In this document: piece by piece, positions 17,857 through 27,771 of the stretch
Numbering within the stretch: position 1 is the stretch's first letter
How the letters are laid out: every line of letters starts with the position of its first letter
Origin: Candidatus Hydrogenedentota bacterium
GTDB lineage: Bacteria; Hydrogenedentota; Hydrogenedentia; Hydrogenedentales; SLHB01
Length of the DNA: 64,000 nt
Reading direction: 5' to 3'
NCBI GenBank assembly: GCA_963674865.2
Contig: CAXXYE010000010.1
Location: forward strand, 70,732-134,731
Notes under the pieces: model-generated
Told to the model about the DNA's origin: nothing
Databases searched by the model: none
Seen by the model: only the letters and a program-made list of their open reading frames with translations
Position numbers and translations under genes: made by a program

Positions 17857-20019
17857 ATGTCCCAATTCAGTCGGATTTACCTTGCATCGGCCCTAGTTGC
17901 TCTCGCAGCCTTGCTCGCAACGGCTGCGGAAATGCCTGCGGAGCAGCCAGGCGCCTCCCCCGACGTGGAGAAGACGCTCGCGCGTATCGACGCCGAACTT
18001 GTCCAGGCCCGCCCCGTCGCCGATCAGGCAACGCCGGCGGACTCGGCCACGGTGTCGCCTGAATGCCTCGAGAGTGTTCTCACCCGTCTGGACACGGCTA
18101 TAGACAAGCTCAGTCCGGTGGCCCGCCAGGCGGACGCCGCTTCGGCCCTTACAGGACCGGCCGTCTCCCTGGAAAGCCGGATGGCAGCGCTTGCTAGCGA
18201 ACTTGAGGCCGTCCAGGCCGTTGGCGCCGACATTTCCTTCGTCCCAGGCGCGCCTGTCGCTGCACTCACCATGGACATCCCGACGCCTCTGCCGGGCGCG
18301 GGATTCGCCACCATGACCGCCCCGGCGCGCATCCCGGCTCAACCCCGGTTCGCGCTCATTCCTTCCGTCACGCCGCTTACCGTCTTGACGCAGGCGTCGG
18401 ACGCGACCCCCGCCGAGCCCCTTGAGGCCGCCGACGCGCCCGTTGAAGCCGCTCCGGCCGCGGAACAGGCTGCACCAGCCTCCGTGGAGGACCCGCTCGA
18501 TCAGCTCGTCAACATCGATTTCCGCGAAATGCCGCTCAGCAATGTGGTGGCCCTTCTCGCGCAGAAGGCGCAGATCAACGTCGTCGCCGGCGCGGATGTC
18601 GTCGGCACCGTGACGGCCAAACTCACCAATGTGCCTCTTCGCGAGGCCATCGAGACCGTCCTTCGCATGAATGGCCTCGGTATGGTCGAGAAGAAGGGCA
18701 TCTTCTACATCGTGCCATACGAGCAGGCCGTCGCAGAGCGCCGCGCTACCAGAATGATCCACCTCAGGAACGCCCAGGCAAAGGATGTGAAGCTCACCAT
18801 TGACGGCATTCTCTTGGGCGACCCCGATGCGCAGCTCGTATCCGCTTCCTCAAACGACAGTACTAATACCATCATTATCTCCGGCCCCGAAGAGAAGGTG
18901 GACGAACTCGAGGCCATCGTTGAGCAGCTCGATGTGAGTGAGCCCATGCTTCCCACGGTTACGGAGGTTATCAAGCTCAACTACGCGGTTCCTGAGGAGA
19001 TCGCCTCCACAGTCGAAGACCTGCTTACCGAGAGCGTAGGCAGCGTCTCGGCCGATGAGCGCGGCCGCAATCTGGTCGTGACCGACATCCCCGTCGTAAT
19101 AGAGGAGATCCGTGCGCTCGTCGAGCAACTTGATCAGCCGGTCAAGCAAGTGAGCATCGAGACCATGATTGTCGATGCCGTCCTCGAAGACAGCTCCCAG
19201 ACGGGCGTCGATTGGCTCCTGAACGCGGTTCGCCGCGTCAACCGCCGGGGTGAAACCGTCGGCAATCTCCAGAACCTTGGCCTGACAGCGAGCATGCCCG
19301 TCACTCAGACGGCGACTCCCGGCGGCTCGCTCGCGTTCGGTATCCTGTCGAGCGACATCGACCTCTCCGGTATCATCTCGGCCGAGGTGCAGGCCAGTAA
19401 CGCCAACATTCTCGCCAATCCCGTTGTGGTGACGGTGGAGAACAAGGAAGCCACGATCAGCATCTCTGAGGAGATTCCCTACCAAGAGCTCACCCAAACC
19501 GGGGGCGGCGGGGAATTAGCTACGACCGAGTTCAAGGACGTGGGCACCATCCTCACGGTCACGCCGCGCGTGACGCATGACAATCACGTGATTGTGAACC
19601 TCAGGGCGAAACAGAGCGTAGCGACGGATGTGAGTGAGACGGGCGTTCCGGTAGAGGACAAGCGTGAGGCGGAAACCACGCTGCGCGCTTTCGACGGCCA
19701 GAGCGTTTTCATCGGTGGCCTCCGCAAGTTCCAGGACCGCAAGTCTGTCCGCAAGCTTCCCGTCCTGGGCGATCTGCCGGTGTTCGGCCTTATGTTCAAG
19801 AACGACCTGGTCGTGGAAGAAATCACGGAACTCATGATCTTCCTGACCTGCCACGTGGTCAAGGACGAAATGCCTGAACTTGCGCCGAGCCAGCAGGAAG
19901 CGTTTGACAGACTCGGGGCCAGTCCGGAGGTTCCGAACGCGCAGCGCAGCCTCTTCCGGGGAATGCTGAAGCCCCAGGAAATGCGCGACCCGATGTGGAA
20001 ATGGCGCCGGGAGAAATAG
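17857..20019 (+). CDS. pilQ: Secretin (PilQ/GspD family)
   Basis: N0/N3 domains, KQVSIETMIVD, VGTILTVTPRV, KLPVLGDLPVFGLMF, ELMIFLT. Confidence 0.9.
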   Translation: MSQFSRIYLASALVALAALLATAAEMPAEQPGASPDVEKTLARIDAELVQARPVADQATPADSATVSPECLESVLTRLDTAIDKLSPVARQADAASALTGPAVSLESRMAALASELEAVQAVGADISFVPGAPVAALTMDIPTPLPGAGFATMTAPARIPAQPRFALIPSVTPLTVLTQASDATPAEPLEAADAPVEAAPAAEQAAPASVEDPLDQLVNIDFREMPLSNVVALLAQKAQINVVAGADVVGTVTAKLTNVPLREAIETVLRMNGLGMVEKKGIFYIVPYEQAVAERRATRMIHLRNAQAKDVKLTIDGILLGDPDAQLVSASSNDSTNTIIISGPEEKVDELEAIVEQLDVSEPMLPTVTEVIKLNYAVPEEIASTVEDLLTESVGSVSADERGRNLVVTDIPVVIEEIRALVEQLDQPVKQVSIETMIVDAVLEDSSQTGVDWLLNAVRRVNRRGETVGNLQNLGLTASMPVTQTATPGGSLAFGILSSDIDLSGIISAEVQASNANILANPVVVTVENKEATISISEEIPYQELTQTGGGGELATTEFKDVGTILTVTPRVTHDNHVIVNLRAKQSVATDVSETGVPVEDKREAETTLRAFDGQSVFIGGLRKFQDRKSVRKLPVLGDLPVFGLMFKNDLVVEEITELMIFLTCHVVKDEMPELAPSQQEAFDRLGASPEVPNAQRSLFRGMLKPQEMRDPMWKWRREK

Positions 20020-20044
20020 CCGGCCCTTTTTGAGCCGATGTACT

Positions 20045-20081
20045 ACGGCCGCGGTTTTGATGCCGCGGCCGTTTCCTTTTT
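20045..20081. terminator. Terminator between convergent pilQ and dnaE2
   Basis: acggccgcgg-ttttgatg-ccgcggccgt hairpin followed by a T-rich tract. Confidence 0.7.
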
Positions 20082-20118
20082 CCTGACGTATTGTTCAGGC
20101 GGTTCTGCAGAAAGTGTG

Positions 20119-23100
20119 TTAATCCGCTTGGATAACCGTATCTTCCCGTAGATTGGGGAGGAGCCAGTGCATAGGCGGTGTAATCTCCGAAAGACCGCGG
20201 GATTTCGGGCGGCGGCCCACTTGGTCGAGATGAGACACAATCAAAGAGCAGTAATGGTCCTCTAGCTGGACTTTCCCAACGACAAAGTAGGGACCTTGGG
20301 AATCCAACAGATGCCCATAACGCTGATACGCCTCCGGGAAGAGCACGGCCTCAAAAACACCTTCGAGGTCTTCAAAGGTCAGGAATTTCATGCAGCCGCG
20401 GCCCTTGAGCCCTACGCGCCGTTCTGCAATGAGCCACCCGACCATCATCACGATACGCTCGGGATAGCAGAGCATGTCGCTGCTGAGCACCAGGGCGTGG
20501 CCAACCATGGCCGGCAGGTAATACGCTATGGGGTGAGTCGTCGCTGTGAGGCCCAAGGCGGTCCATTCGAGATCGCTTCGCTTCTTCCGTGAATAATCCG
20601 GCCCGCCCGGAAGCAAGGCATCTACATTCCCCGCTGTAAATAGCGGGGCTCCCTCTTCGGTAGGCCCACCCTTTCCAAGCATTTCGAGTTCCCATAGAAG
20701 CGCTGGGCGCGGCCGGCCAAAACCGTCACAGGCCCCACTATGCACGAGGGCCTGCGCGTCGGCATAGGCGACACCCGCCCGCCGACACAACTCGGTGACG
20801 TTTTCAAAGGGTGCGGTCTTGCGGGCCTGTTGAAGCGCCTCGATGACACCGTGGGACATGCCGCGCACTTCGACAAAACCCACCCGAATCGCTTCGCCTT
20901 CCACCGTGTAGCCGAAACGGCTCCGGTTCACATCCGGCGGGCGCATCTCGATGCCCAGCCGCCTGGCCTCCTCGATATAGACGGCGGGATGATAGAACCC
21001 TCCGCGGTTTGACAGGACGCTCGACAGAAACTCCGCGGGGAAATGGGCCTTCAGGTAGGTGCATTGATAGGCGATTTCCCCATAGGTACTGGCGTGGGCC
21101 TTACAATAGGAATACTCGGCGAAGTTGGAGATCAATTCCCAAATTGCCTCAGCCACGGGCGCTTCGACCCCATTGGCGACGGCTTTCTTGAGAAAGAGCC
21201 GCATGTGGTTGGCCAGGGTCGTGGGGGAGCGCTTCTTGCCCATGGCGCGGCGGAGGCTGTCCGCCTCTGCCAGATTCATCCCGGCAATGACGTTTGCCAC
21301 CTTGAGAATATCTTCCTGATAGAGCATCACGCCATAGGTATCGCCAAGCACGCGTTGCAGCGCCGGATGTAAATACACGGTTTCTTCTCTGGCCGCATGG
21401 CGCGCGATAAACCGCTTCTTCATCCCGCTTCCGGAAGGCCCCGGCCGCACAAGGGATAACGTCTTGATCAGCATATCGGTCGTGTCCGCGCACGTGTTCT
21501 GGAGGAGGGCGCGCATGGCCGGCGACTCGATCTGAAAGCAGCCAATCGTTCTGCCGGAGCGGATCAGTTCCCCCGTAAGCCCGTCCGGGTCGGGCAATCG
21601 CTCGATATCGATTGCAATGCCGCGGTTCTCGCGAATGTTCTGAATCGTCTCATCAATCACCGTCAACGAGCGGTGGCCCAACAAATCCATTTTCACCAGG
21701 CCGAGGTCCTTGATGGGATACATGTCATACTGCGTGATGAGAAGGCCCTTAGTGGCGCGCTGAAGCGGCACAAACCGCGTCAGCGGCTCCGGTGCAATGA
21801 CGACGCCGCCCGAATGGATCGATAAATGGCGCGGAAACCCATCGATAAATTCGCTGATTTCGACAATAGACTTAAGCGGCTCCTCATTGAGGTTCAGGTG
21901 CCGGCATTCCGGAAGAAACTTCGCCACTGTCCGGAGGTCGTGGGCGCGGTAATGAGGCAGGCGACGCGCAATCGCCCGGATCTCCTGTTCCGTCAATCCA
22001 AACGCCTTGGCTACTTCCCGCACGGCCGACCGCGCCTTGAAGGTGTTGAACGTGGCGATCATCGCGACGCGTTCTTCCCCATACCGGCGATAGACGTAAT
22101 CGATGACGTTATCCCGGCGGCGCCAGCAGATATCCAGGTCGATATCCGGGCAGTCCGATCGGGAGAGGTTCAGGAAACGTTCGAAATACAAGTCATATTT
22201 GAACGGATCCACGCGGGTGATCCCAAGCACATGCGCCACCAGGCTGTTCGCCGCCGAGCCGCGTCCCACAATAGGGATGCCCCGTTTGCGGGCATAGCGC
22301 ACGATATCCCATACGATGAGAAAATACGGCACGAAACCCAGCGTATCGATCACGTCCAACTCATGCTGAAAACGCTGCATCACCGCCGGCGCAAGAGGAC
22401 GGTAGCGCTTCTTAAGCCCCTCAAATGCCACCTTCCACAAATAAGAAAAGGCCGTTTCCCCCGCGGGTGGATTGAACGCCGGAAACCGCGGCGTGCCGAA
22501 AGACAAATCGAGTTCACACTGCTCCGCCACCCACTCCGCATTCGCCAGTGTCTCCGGCCAATCGGCGTAGAGGCGGGCCATCTCCTCCGGCGAGCGGAAC
22601 CACGCCCCCGGCGGAGCCACATCGTCTCCGGCAAGAGTATCTACCGTCGCATTGCATCGAATCGCCGAGAGCACCCGGTGGATCCGGGCGTGATCCGGTT
22701 CCAGGAAATACACCGGATTCACCGCCACCGGCCGCATGCCTCGCTCTTGCGCCCAATCACGCAACCGGCCCGCCACGGCCCGCGAACATCCATCCTCATA
22801 ATGCGTAATCGCCACCAGCGGCCGCACTCCCCGTGCCGTCAGCTCTTCGATAAGCCGCCGCTCAGATGTCAGCACAAATACATCCTCGGAGCCAACGCTG
22901 TCTGCCAGCCGGAAATCCTCCTCCAACCGGCATGCGGTAACGAGCCGGCACAATTCGGCGTAGCCTTCCCGGTTCCGCGCCAATAGCACCGTCCCCTCCA
23001 ATTCGACGCCGAGAATCGGCTTTAGCCCGGCCTCTTTCGCCGTCTGATAAAAGGGAATCGCCCCGTACATCCCCCCCGTGTCGGTCAGCGCAAGCGACTT

Positions 23101-23193
23101 CATGCCGTACTCGACGGCGCGCCCTACCAACTGCCGGAATGTCGCCGTCCCGTTCAACAAGGAATGATTACTATGAACATGCAAATGCGTCAT
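20119..23193 (-). CDS. dnaE2: Error-prone DNA polymerase III alpha subunit (DnaE2-like)
   Basis: PHP domain HLHVHS, GRGSAANS, catalytic PDIDLD, FPRHLSIHSGG, C-terminal OB fold; 1024 aa; downstream of dinB. Confidence 0.85.
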   Translation of the reverse strand: MTHLHVHSNHSLLNGTATFRQLVGRAVEYGMKSLALTDTGGMYGAIPFYQTAKEAGLKPILGVELEGTVLLARNREGYAELCRLVTACRLEEDFRLADSVGSEDVFVLTSERRLIEELTARGVRPLVAITHYEDGCSRAVAGRLRDWAQERGMRPVAVNPVYFLEPDHARIHRVLSAIRCNATVDTLAGDDVAPPGAWFRSPEEMARLYADWPETLANAEWVAEQCELDLSFGTPRFPAFNPPAGETAFSYLWKVAFEGLKKRYRPLAPAVMQRFQHELDVIDTLGFVPYFLIVWDIVRYARKRGIPIVGRGSAANSLVAHVLGITRVDPFKYDLYFERFLNLSRSDCPDIDLDICWRRRDNVIDYVYRRYGEERVAMIATFNTFKARSAVREVAKAFGLTEQEIRAIARRLPHYRAHDLRTVAKFLPECRHLNLNEEPLKSIVEISEFIDGFPRHLSIHSGGVVIAPEPLTRFVPLQRATKGLLITQYDMYPIKDLGLVKMDLLGHRSLTVIDETIQNIRENRGIAIDIERLPDPDGLTGELIRSGRTIGCFQIESPAMRALLQNTCADTTDMLIKTLSLVRPGPSGSGMKKRFIARHAAREETVYLHPALQRVLGDTYGVMLYQEDILKVANVIAGMNLAEADSLRRAMGKKRSPTTLANHMRLFLKKAVANGVEAPVAEAIWELISNFAEYSYCKAHASTYGEIAYQCTYLKAHFPAEFLSSVLSNRGGFYHPAVYIEEARRLGIEMRPPDVNRSRFGYTVEGEAIRVGFVEVRGMSHGVIEALQQARKTAPFENVTELCRRAGVAYADAQALVHSGACDGFGRPRPALLWELEMLGKGGPTEEGAPLFTAGNVDALLPGGPDYSRKKRSDLEWTALGLTATTHPIAYYLPAMVGHALVLSSDMLCYPERIVMMVGWLIAERRVGLKGRGCMKFLTFEDLEGVFEAVLFPEAYQRYGHLLDSQGPYFVVGKVQLEDHYCSLIVSHLDQVGRRPKSRGLSEITPPMHWLLPNLREDTVIQAD

Positions 23194-23242
23194 AAATTGC
23201 TAAAAAACATGTGTTTCTCAGAGAGTTTTCTTAATAACGCCG

Positions 23243-24445
23243 TTATCTTGACAAGGAGGGGGTGGCGAGTTGAACACGTCGGCCGAGGCTCATGGATTTT
23301 CCAAATCGGACGCATTCGAATCCATGGCGATCCCGGATGCGATCTACGCCTGCCATGGCCTGTTCCCATTTTTCCGACATCCGCCTGCCGAATAGGCGCA
23401 ACTGATGCTGGTTGTAACTGAGCAAACTCAGCCCTATCCCCACTAGTCGTACGCGTGCCCGCCGGCGTTTGGCCTTGGGCAGTAGCTCGTGCAGCGCCGC
23501 GATAAGGTCTCCGTCCAGCCACGTGGGCTCCGGCAAACGCTTGGCAAAGGTGCAGGTTTTGAAATCGGAATAGCGCACTTTGAGCGTGACGCATCGCGTC
23601 TCCATACCCTTTTCTCGCAGCGCATACGCCGCCCGCTCGGTAAGGTACGTCAACACACGCTCCATATGGCTCCAATCCAGCAGGTCTTCCTCAAACGTCG
23701 TCTCCCGGCTGATCGACTTCGGGGGAGCATCCGGCGCCACGATGGACCTCGATATGCCCTGCGCCGCCTGCTGAAGGGCATAAGCCAACTGGCCGAAGGC
23801 ACCCACGAGCGTATCCAAAGGCAAATCGGCCAGCCGCCCAATCGTCAGGACTCCCAACGATTCGAGCGTTTCACGAGTCCGCGGCCCGACGCCGGGGAGT
23901 TTGCGCACAGGCAGCGGCCGGAAGAAGGCCGCCTCTGCTCCCGGTTCGATACGCAAATAACCATCCGGTTTGGCCTCATCGACGGCTACTTTGGCCACCA
24001 ATTTGTTCGAGGCGATGGCGATGGTGCATGGAAGTTGTATCTTTTGACGAATCCGGGATTTGATATGGTGTGCAATGGCGTCATCGCCCCCCAACAGTCG
24101 CTGGGAACCTGAGATATCGAGATATGCCTCATCAATCGACGCCATCTCCACCAGCGGAGAAATCGTCTGAAGGATTTCGCGGATATTCTCCGAAGCGGCG
24201 CGATAATGCTCGAAATTCCCCCGCATGAATATCCCATGAGGGCAAAGCCGCCGCGCCTGCACCAACGGCATGGCCGAATGGATACCGTACTCACGCGCCT
24301 CATAGGAAGCCGTACATACCACCCCGCGCGAGTCCCGCGCGTCCCCTCCGATAATCAGAGGCTTTCCGCACAGCGAAGGATCGCGCACCTGCTCAACCGA
24401 CGCAAAAAAAGCATCCATGTCGATATGTAAGATTCTACGTTCCAA
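23243..24445 (-). CDS. dinB: DNA polymerase IV (Y family)
   Basis: HIDMDAFFASVEQ, SYEAR, SIDEAYLD, NKLVAK; C-terminal clamp-binding-like QLRLF. Confidence 0.93.
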   Translation of the reverse strand: MERRILHIDMDAFFASVEQVRDPSLCGKPLIIGGDARDSRGVVCTASYEAREYGIHSAMPLVQARRLCPHGIFMRGNFEHYRAASENIREILQTISPLVEMASIDEAYLDISGSQRLLGGDDAIAHHIKSRIRQKIQLPCTIAIASNKLVAKVAVDEAKPDGYLRIEPGAEAAFFRPLPVRKLPGVGPRTRETLESLGVLTIGRLADLPLDTLVGAFGQLAYALQQAAQGISRSIVAPDAPPKSISRETTFEEDLLDWSHMERVLTYLTERAAYALREKGMETRCVTLKVRYSDFKTCTFAKRLPEPTWLDGDLIAALHELLPKAKRRRARVRLVGIGLSLLSYNQHQLRLFGRRMSEKWEQAMAGVDRIRDRHGFECVRFGKSMSLGRRVQLATPSLSR

Positions 24446-24479
24446 AGACCTACACCCGAAGATTTACGCGGAGAAAATA

Positions 24480-24528
24480 CTGAATATAAGTTCAGCTAAA
24501 ATATACCTCACAAACGTTTCCGTGTCAA
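24480..24528 (-). promoter_or_regulatory. dinB-dnaE2 promoter with a palindromic operator (candidate LexA box)
   Basis: Minus strand TTGACA (24528-24523)-17 nt-TATATT (24505-24500), then CTGAAC-ttat-ATTCAG (24495-24480). Confidence 0.7.
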
Positions 24529-24688
24529 ACGTTTTGCCTCTCCGAAGTGGCCTGGACACCGATTGCGCCACGTCAAGCCGTTGATAAATAAGGGGATACC
24601 GACGATGTAGACCGGGTCTCAAGAGAGAGGGAGGGCTTCAGAGCGCGGGATTTCTACTGCCAACGGAAGCAGGGACAAGAAGAATACG

Positions 24689-25168
24689 TTAGGGCTGCGG
24701 CCAGAGGCCTTCTTCCGACAATGGCAAGCGGCGCTGTCCGTGGGGAAACTTCAGTTCCACCCAGGGTAGCGCCTCTCCCCGCGCCGCCTCCGGCAACTCG
24801 ATGATGTAGGTAACGAGGTCGCCGTCTCTTCGGGCCGCCGTGCTCCGGCACGTACCGCCGAAGGGCTCACGCAACAGGACAGGAATCGCGACGTCCCGTT
24901 GCGCCCATGGCCCGGATAAACGAAACGTCGCCTGCACGGCCCCCCCAACCAATCGGATCTCACTGATCTGCCCTTCCCACTCCGCAACGGGAGCGGCGCC
25001 GACTTGCCCTTTGATATCTTCCGAATAGCTCTGCCAGGTAGGCGTGCTGTTCTGGATACGCCGCGCCAACTCTTCCGTAGAGACCCCCGAACACGAGACG
25101 AGAAAGGCCGCAGCTACCCCGCAATAACATGCGGCCGCGGCAACAGAACGGAGCCTGTGAGCAGACAC
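24689..25168 (-). CDS. Hypothetical lipoprotein
   Basis: Signal peptide with lipobox-like LVSC; follows the response regulator gene. Confidence 0.6.
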   Translation of the reverse strand: MSAHRLRSVAAAACYCGVAAAFLVSCSGVSTEELARRIQNSTPTWQSYSEDIKGQVGAAPVAEWEGQISEIRLVGGAVQATFRLSGPWAQRDVAIPVLLREPFGGTCRSTAARRDGDLVTYIIELPEAARGEALPWVELKFPHGQRRLPLSEEGLWPQP

Positions 25169-25177
25169 GTTCCCCCG

Positions 25178-26110
25178 CTATCGATCCGTGCGACGCCGGT
25201 CCACGAACACGACGCTTTTGCCTTCGGGCCGCGCCATCTGCCGCACCTGCGCCAACACCTCGAACATCTTCTTCGCGCTCTTGAAATGCCGGTACTGGGT
25301 GTGTGCTACGCCGACCGACAGGGCCATCAAGGGATAGCGATGTTCCTGACCGCGTTTGTCCGCCGCCGTGACGTAACCTTGGGAGACCTCTTGCGCCGTA
25401 TACAATTGCTGGACATTTTGATCGAACGTCTGCATGAGGGTATTGCAGAACCGCTCGTAGTCCTCGAGATTTACCATCACAACAAAGTGCTCGCCTCCCA
25501 TGTGCGCGATGAACCCCTCGTAGATCCCCATACTGCGATTCAGTTGCGCGAGCAGCTTGGCCATAAACTCCAAGGCGCGCTTCTGCCCTTCTACGCCGCG
25601 GGAAGCGTAGTAGGCTTTGAAGCCAACCACATCGATGTAGCACACGGCAATCGCGACGCCGCGGGCAAGGCGGTGATTTATCTCTCGTTTGATGGCGTCC
25701 GTGCCCGGAAGTCCCGTGACGGCATTCCGCTTGCCCACCGAATCGAGCAAGACCTCCAAAGCTCCGAGTTTCTCCATGAGTTTGTCGAGACGGAATGGTT
25801 TAACGAGGTAGTCGTCGGCGCCTTGCTCAAGGCCGTGCAGGACTTCCGGTTCTTCGCCCAGAGCGGTGAGAATAAGAATCCCCATACGATACAGTTCGGG
25901 GTCTTTCCGCAGGCGCCGGCAGATCTGATAGCCGGTTACGCCCGGCAACATAATGTCCAGGATGGCGATGCTCGGCTTGACCTGCTTCGCAAGTTCAAAC
26001 GCCCCTTCGCCTGTATGTATGAGGTGAATCTGGTGACCTTCCGCCTCGAGCTTTGTCTTCACCAGTTCGGCTAGGTCTGTGTCGTCATCAACCACTATAA
26101 TCTTGCTCAT
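25178..26110 (-). CDS. Response regulator (REC) fused to a GGDEF-like domain
   Basis: VVDDD, LDIMLP, GADDYLVKPF; NAVTGLPG, YIDVVGFKAY, variant motif GGEHF, LSVGVA. Confidence 0.85.
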   Translation of the reverse strand: MSKIIVVDDDTDLAELVKTKLEAEGHQIHLIHTGEGAFELAKQVKPSIAILDIMLPGVTGYQICRRLRKDPELYRMGILILTALGEEPEVLHGLEQGADDYLVKPFRLDKLMEKLGALEVLLDSVGKRNAVTGLPGTDAIKREINHRLARGVAIAVCYIDVVGFKAYYASRGVEGQKRALEFMAKLLAQLNRSMGIYEGFIAHMGGEHFVVMVNLEDYERFCNTLMQTFDQNVQQLYTAQEVSQGYVTAADKRGQEHRYPLMALSVGVAHTQYRHFKSAKKMFEVLAQVRQMARPEGKSVVFVDRRRTDR

Positions 26111-26330
26111 CTATTCACCTTCCGGCTCTGAACCCGCGGAAACAGGCCGTCATTATACAACCACAGCGGCCGGGTTGCCAATCGTTCGGTATGCCAAATC
26201 CCTTTCGGGCAAGAGGCTGTTGCGGGCCGCCGTGGACGTGCCATCACGCAATGCATATTTGCAGTTTGTTTCCGAGCGTGTTCATTGCGGAAGTTTGGCC
26301 AGCGTTGCCAAACCTTGACGGATCTTGAAC

Positions 26331-26359
26331 TTGACTTTGGTCCGGGCCTTTGGTATTCT
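26331..26359 (+). promoter_or_regulatory. Sigma70 promoter of rplM-rpsI
   Basis: TTGACT-17 nt-TATTCT with an extended -10 TG. Confidence 0.6.
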
Positions 26360-26430
26360 CCGCACTCGCTTTCTATAGTGCCTGGCAGGTGCGTCATGCC
26401 TGTCGCGGGGCAATCCGGAGGAATGATGCA

Positions 26431-26865
26431 GTGAAGACGTATGTCCCCAAACAAGGGGAAGTGACAAAGAAGTGGCACCTTATTGACGCGGAAGGGCAGG
26501 TGTTGGGGCGAGTGGCGGTCGAGGCGGCAAAGCTGCTTCGGGGCAAGCACAAGCCACAGTATACGCCGTATCTGGACTGCGGCGACCTGGTCGTGATCAT
26601 CAACGCGGAAAAGGCGCGCATCACGGGTCGTAAGGCCCAGCAGAAGACGTATTACCGGCATTCGGGCTATCCTGGCGGTCTTAAGGAAGCCTCGTACGCG
26701 GAGATGGTGGCAAAGCACCCGACGCGGGCAATGATGCTTGCGGTGAAGGGCATGCTTCCACACAACCGACTCGGCCGGCAACTGGCGCGCCACGTGCGCA
26801 TATACGCCGGTGCGTCACATCCCCACGAGGCGCAGTGTCCTGAGCCCTACGTGATGTCCAAGTAG
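26431..26865 (+). CDS. rplM: 50S ribosomal protein L13
   Basis: [40 protein letters not shown] start after GGAGG. Confidence 0.97.
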   Translation: MKTYVPKQGEVTKKWHLIDAEGQVLGRVAVEAAKLLRGKHKPQYTPYLDCGDLVVIINAEKARITGRKAQQKTYYRHSGYPGGLKEASYAEMVAKHPTRAMMLAVKGMLPHNRLGRQLARHVRIYAGASHPHEAQCPEPYVMSK

Positions 26866-26887
26866 CTGAGAAGAGAGGTACACAGAC

Positions 26888-27286
26888 GTGGCAGAGACGA
26901 CTCAAGAAGTGGTTGCGATAGGGCGACGGAAGGCGGCGCGGGCTCGTGTGCGAATGAAGCCGGGCACTGGTCAGGTCACTGTAAACGGGCGGCCGCTGAA
27001 TGAATACCTTGCCCGTGAGGTGTTGGTGATGATGGCGCTGCAGCCGTTCCAGATCACCGGCAATGAGGGCCGGTTCGATATACGGGCCCTGTGCGATGGC
27101 GGCGGTCTTGCCGGTCAGGCCGGCGCCCTTCGACTGGGCATTGCACGCGCTTTGCTCAAGACCGACGCGAACTGCCGTGTGGCGTTGCGTCGCGCCGGTT
27201 TGCTTACGCGTGACGCGCGCGAAGTCGAACGCAAGAAGTACGGCCAGCCGGGCGCACGGAAACGGTTCCAGTTCTCGAAGCGCTAG
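26888..27286 (+). CDS. rpsI: 30S ribosomal protein S9
   Basis: GRRKAARARV, GGGLAGQAGA, ERKKYG...ARKRFQFSKR. Confidence 0.97.
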   Translation: MAETTQEVVAIGRRKAARARVRMKPGTGQVTVNGRPLNEYLAREVLVMMALQPFQITGNEGRFDIRALCDGGGLAGQAGALRLGIARALLKTDANCRVALRRAGLLTRDAREVERKKYGQPGARKRFQFSKR

Positions 27287-27310
27287 TCCGAACAACACGT
27301 TCGTTTATCA

Positions 27311-27373
27311 AAGCCTCCCGTATTCTGCGGGAGGCTTGTCTTTTTGAGGCGCCCGGTATCACCGGGCGCTTCA
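27311..27373 (+). terminator. rpsI terminator followed by a second GC hairpin
   Basis: aagcctcccg...cgggaggctt plus T run; then gcgcccggt-atc-accgggcgc. Confidence 0.8.
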
Positions 27374-27424
27374 TCTTTCTCGCCTCCCTCAATTGGTCCG
27401 AACGGCTCACGCGTGGTTGTCTGC

Positions 27425-27593
27425 GGCCCACTTCTCTCACCCGTCATTCAATGGGAACGGGCCTGGGCATGACAAGCAGGCGAGGAAGTTGTGAGACACC
27501 ATGCAGGCTCTCACGGCTGGATGGGTGACACGGGATGCCCGTTCCGCATGACGTTGGTGCGGTCTCGCTTTGCGGCTGTGAGAGAAGCGGGTT
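27425..27593 (+). other. Unassigned structured element (nested inverted repeats; candidate ncRNA or MITE)
   Basis: 27425-27440 pairs with 27578-27593; cgtcat/atgacg; ggaacgggc/gcccgttcc; inner agttgtgaga/tctcacggct. Confidence 0.45.
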
Positions 27594-27633
27594 AGGTGCG
27601 CTTTGACGAATCCGCGCCAAACCTCAGTTTGGC

Positions 27634-27657
27634 GTAGTGACGGATTTCCGTCACTAC
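27634..27657. repeat. GTAG-capped REP-like palindrome
   Basis: GTAGTGACGGA-tt-TCCGTCACTAC with perfect 11-bp arms. Confidence 0.5.
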
Positions 27658-27771
27658 AGACGTTCTTCTGAGGTGACGGCGCTGCGCCTAAGTTGTTTAT
27701 TAAGAATGACTTACATTATACGCGCAAGGCGGCATCCTTTATGCATATCTGTTGACAAGAGGTGATGTAAG

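Noticed and set aside
21826..22986. Long antisense ORFs (this one, 3358-4395, 25004-26074, 37252-38163 and similar)
   Set aside because: Shadow frames of well-supported genes in high-GC DNA, with no motifs
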